64,000 nt of DNA, from positions 310,001-374,000 of the forward strand of contig AP026150.1 of the NCBI GenBank assembly GCA_030295235.1. Direction: 5' to 3'. Position 1 is the first letter of the stretch. Every line of letters starts with the position of its first letter. This document shows positions 60,345 through 64,000 of the stretch, piece by piece. Origin of the DNA: Fistulifera solaris (taxonomy: Eukaryota). The position numbers and the translations under genes are program-made. The notes under the pieces are model-generated. The model did no database searches. It was given only the letters and a program-made list of their open reading frames with translations, and was not told the DNA's origin.

Positions 60345-60560
60345 GAATCAATACACAGCAGAGAGGAGCTGACGCGGTGTGCTCACAACTCATTCGATGA
60401 CAATGGCTGTCGTTTTTGTTTAATATTGGAGGAGCGGAAGGACTGCGCCCAGAACTGAAGAGCTTGACTGGGGTTTCCATCTCAGGGCTATGGAATCATT
60501 CCATTCATCGCTTTCTCATGAACTCTAGTGTTGAAAAAAATCTATACGAGAGCGAGAAAG
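60345..60560 (+). pseudogene. Decayed tandem copy B of the rlmH 3' half
   Basis: ATTGGAGGAGC.GAAGGACTGC, TGAAGAGCTTG, GGGCT.TGGA, GAGCGAGA collinear with rlmH 59655-59792. Confidence 0.75.
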
Positions 60561-60913
60561 AAATATCAATGCATTGGTGATGTGGTGTCGACTATATACA
60601 ACGTGTTAGTGCTCGGTGGGAGTATAGAGTTCTTGTTGACGAATTTCAAAAGCAGCGGTGATCTGGCGTCATGTTCGCTCCATTAATTCTTATACTGCGG
60701 TAGTTGTTTATTGTTTGTGACAGGAGAGCCGAGTCCCGATGGATCGCCTAGTGAACCTTTGCGCTGTAAGCCTTGCCTTTGGTCTTTTAAATTTTAACTA
60801 ATTGGAGCGCATGGATCTCATTAAAATCATGAATTCTCAGGTTAGCGTTTGTATAAGAGATTTTGACCATGATTATAAATATCTATGAATACCATCAATT
60901 CGGTGTCTATTGA

Positions 60914-63395
60914 TTATTCTTCCGCAAGTATCGTCGCCATCGTAGCCCAGGGATCATTGGCAACACATTCTCGCACTGAGGAAGACATCCGATCATCCAA
61001 ATCTTTTTGGTTTTTCTGTTTTGAGTGAAAGAGAACTGGGGCATATTCCAAATGGACTTCCCAGCTCAATTTAGAATAATCAAAACCCTCTTTTAACCCA
61101 TCCCAGCTCATAGATCGGGATGACCTGTACACACCTTCCAGTTGTTGAGCATGATCCAGAATGACGGGATAAATCCTCTGTGAGAAACATTGAAAGGTCT
61201 CGCCGTCCTGCAGTGGAGCTATGCCATATGCTTTACAGAGTTCGTGCACGTCGGAGTTACTGTTGGCCCTCAATGAAAGAGCAAAGCAGTGCAAAGAATT
61301 ATCGAACTCGTTAAAATCAGCGGCACGGAACAGGTGAACCCACAGGAAAGGAGGGAGAATACTTCGTGGGACTTTGATACCGTGATCCAATGCGAAAGCT
61401 ATAAGGCGACCGATGGCACGATAGGTCTGTCTAGCTCTGGTCATGCACCGTTTTTCTTCTAGACTCTTATCCTTCAAGGGCTCAAAATAAAGCTGTTTTT
61501 GATTCCATTCAAAAAGAGAGACTCTAGCTGGCTCCATACTTCCGAGAGAAAAATCTGAGAACTTTCTTTTCTTGCCAAGATTGCGCCGTCTTTGTTTACT
61601 TTTTCGAAGTGACAGCGTGAGAGAAACGAGTGACTGATATAATCACATTCAACCGACCATGTTACTTACCACGAAAGTTGATTGCATACGTCACTTCAGG
61701 GTCAAACTGTATGTCCTTGTCATCGCTTAACAGAAGCATCTTCTTCAAATAGCAGTGGTTGCACTCATAACTGAAATCTGACTTGTGCTCCACGCATTCC
61801 TTGCGCCATTCTTTGAAGCTTTTCCTCATATTGAACGTGCAAGGCAAGATAACGTTGTAATTCCCACCGTCAAATTTCTTTGCCAGCATCTTTTCTAGAG
61901 CTTGCACACGCTTCTCGTAAATGCACGTAATTTGTTCCCCATCACCTTCGGTAACCGCTGGAATGATGTCCATAAACGCTTCTCTCATGATCTTGTCTTG
62001 ATTCTGTTTCTCCAAAGCCCTTTTCATTTCATCGTACATTCGTCGAGCCTGTGAAAAGGTGAGCGTGCCACAACGAAAAGCAAGAATAAAATTTGAATAC
62101 AATACAGTCCACAAACCTTCAAGTCATCTTCGACGCCAGCTCGCGTCTCTTCAAGCTGTAATTTCACCAATTGAAACTGATCCATCAAATCGTTTTCTAC
62201 GCTGATACCATTGTGCAGAAGACTGAATGGAAGGGGGACAAAAGTTACAACAACAACAACAATGAGCAGCCAAGTATCAATGCGCAAGCCCAACTCTCTC
62301 CTGTATTTTTGGAAACCTACCTGTATTCACTCTCCGCTTGAAGACGCTGGAAACCTTGTCGCTGCGCTTCATTCTTGGCAACAGCTTCGTGTGGATATGT
62401 TGTACCATTGTTGTCTTGATAGACATTGCTATATAGACATTCCAAGAAATGGCATACGACTCCGTGCTCACTTTGTATTCCTTGGCTGGCATGTTGGTTC
62501 AGGTGCGCCATGAAGTCTTTCGGGCGCATACGGGCATTGGAGCTACAAATTGATCGTCCCAGCTTTAATTTCTCTCCCATGGGACAGGCACACCACATAT
62601 CGAAATCGTGTACCGCTAAACACTGAAAGCCGAAATGGACCGCTGGATGCTCAGCTACTTTTTGTAGAAGAATGCGCTGTGCCAACAACGGATCCGCGGT
62701 TGTATTTGTTGGCCTCACATCCATGCGATCTCTATCCAAACTGTCATCGGTGTCGTCGTAACAAGAGTCGTCGTCGTCGTCGTCATCATCCGAAGGAGAC
62801 GCAGCTGGCAGGTGCCGCGCAAGGTCCGCCTGTAATTTGTCAATGACGATGGAATAGCTTAGTTGTAAACGTTTTTTGAAATCTTGTTCGTATTTGTAGG
62901 GAGGCAATGTTTGCAAGGCTTGCTGTTCCGATGGAAACTGTGTGTGTATATATATGTGACGACAAATTATATGAGGGTGCTTTTCAAAAAGAAAAGAGAG
63001 ATAGAGAGAGCTTTACAATCAATCAAAAAAGAATGACTTACTGTAGCAAGGAGTTGGTTTTGAAGAATTTCAGGATCATTCCAGTATCCCGTAGTAGCCT
63101 CACGGAAAGGAAGATAGGGGTCATGACTCTCATCGATATTCACGAGGGACTCTTCAGGGGCCATGCAAGCAGCCGGATTCACCGTGATGTCACCCTGCTT
63201 TTCAACCGTTAAATTCTGTTTTGTTGCGTTTGATAATGATGATGCAAACGCCGCATTTTTCGTAGTAGCATTCGGTTGGTTGTTCTTGTCATAGCCATGG
63301 CTCGGATCGTTCTGGTTGTGACCGGTTTTTTGTCGCTTATTATTGTGATCAAAGTCATGATCATTCCGCGAATTGGAGTTTTGATTATTATTCAT
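60914..63395 (-). CDS. Multi-exon hypothetical protein: N-rich start, Cys/His cluster, coiled coil, HECT-N-lobe-like C-terminus (introns ~62938-63041, 62223-62320, 62049-62116, ~61600-61669; apparent frameshift ~61513)
   Basis: Splice sites join ORFs 62967-63563, 62317-62916, 62024-62293, 61662-62114 and 60914-61537; YRAIGRLIAFALDHG..VP..ILPPFLW..L and LKEGF resemble the HECT N-lobe. Confidence 0.5.
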
Positions 63396-63812
63396 ATTGT
63401 TGAAGATATTTCGCTCTTGGGTTGTGTTTCTCTTTCTTTCTTGTCCTTGTCCTTGATGAAACGGACACAAATCAAAAAAAAAAATGAAAGGTCGATGTTT
63501 GCGATCTTTTTGAAAACGGGTGTGACTGTGCCTCTCTATACAAAAATCCAAGGAGGCCTTCATTATTTTTCACCTTAAAAAGGACTGAGTACCGGTGCCC
63601 CGTACGTACCACGTACCGTACAATCCGCCAAGAAAGCGACGTTTCGAAACGGGGGTTATTATTATTCCATTTTCGTTTAGATCGTCCATATATATTCCAA
63701 TCAAACGCAACAAAGTTACAGCAAATCAAGAACATTCATCCCCCCCCAAAAAAAAACGTAGATGCATATATAGGAAATAGAAAGAGAAAAACAACCAGCA
63801 ACCAGCAACAAA

Positions 63813-64000
63813 ATGAACTCGTTCGAAGACACACCAACACAAGACCCGACTTTCACCAGCAATGACGATGCAGCCGAAGACGACGACGACGACGAAGAGG
63901 AAGATGACGAAGAGGAAGAAGACGAAGAAGATGATGATGCTACGGCTCCTCGCAATTACAACAATGCAGATGACAAACACTTACACATCAATGCGGTTCC
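63813..64000 (+). CDS. 5' end of a protein with an acidic (D/E) tract, truncated by window
   Basis: MNSFEDTPTQDPTFTSNDDAAEDDDDDEEEDDEEEEDEEDDD..., open to the window end. Confidence 0.55.
   Translation, partial: MNSFEDTPTQDPTFTSNDDAAEDDDDDEEEDDEEEEDEEDDDATAPRNYNNADDKHLHINAV

Noticed and set aside
2660..61520. About 15 frameshifts in conserved genes (WDR5, PPR, paralogue 2, PPase x2, TFIIF x2, GSR x2, VTE6, RRP15, MFS and others) as programmed frameshifting, RNA editing or mass pseudogenisation
   Set aside because: Nearly all are single-base gains or losses in homopolymer runs, go in both directions and hit essential genes with no other decay. This is the typical long-read consensus error pattern; short-read or RNA-seq mapping would confirm it.
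63860..63940. GAY/GAR trinucleotide-like repeat
   Set aside because: Explained as the poly-Asp/Glu coding tract of the gene starting at 63813.

Overview
Gene-dense eukaryotic nuclear DNA with short GT-AG introns (~65-120 bp) and bipartite plastid/mitochondrial presequences. The gene families and motifs point to a diatom, probably pennate (inference). About 27 protein-coding loci are visible. The centrepiece (11.0-27.5 kb) is a tandem triplet of ~1500-aa secreted proteins with this layout: signal peptide + RxL site, a bacterial-looking 'VTICH..NPW..IT' His/Cys module, an array of 33-aa Asp/Cys-rich TSP3-like repeats (22 'CGCG' motifs), a variable domain, a Pro/Thr/Val linker and a GDPH/VWD-like C-terminal domain. 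The three copies are mosaics of near-identical tracts (gene conversion). Other notable items: a membrane pyrophosphatase with Na+-PPase-type signature residues, an inverted decayed fragment of that gene riddled with micro-duplications, a ~110-bp foldback MITE-like element, pervasive intergenic 7-bp tandem duplications and a TACCWGGTA motif, two decayed tandem copies of rlmH, a pseudo/active double phosphoglycerate mutase and a quadruple-CX9C protein. Many genes carry single-base frameshifts in homopolymer runs, most likely long-read consensus errors. No rRNA, tRNA or CRISPR was recognised.
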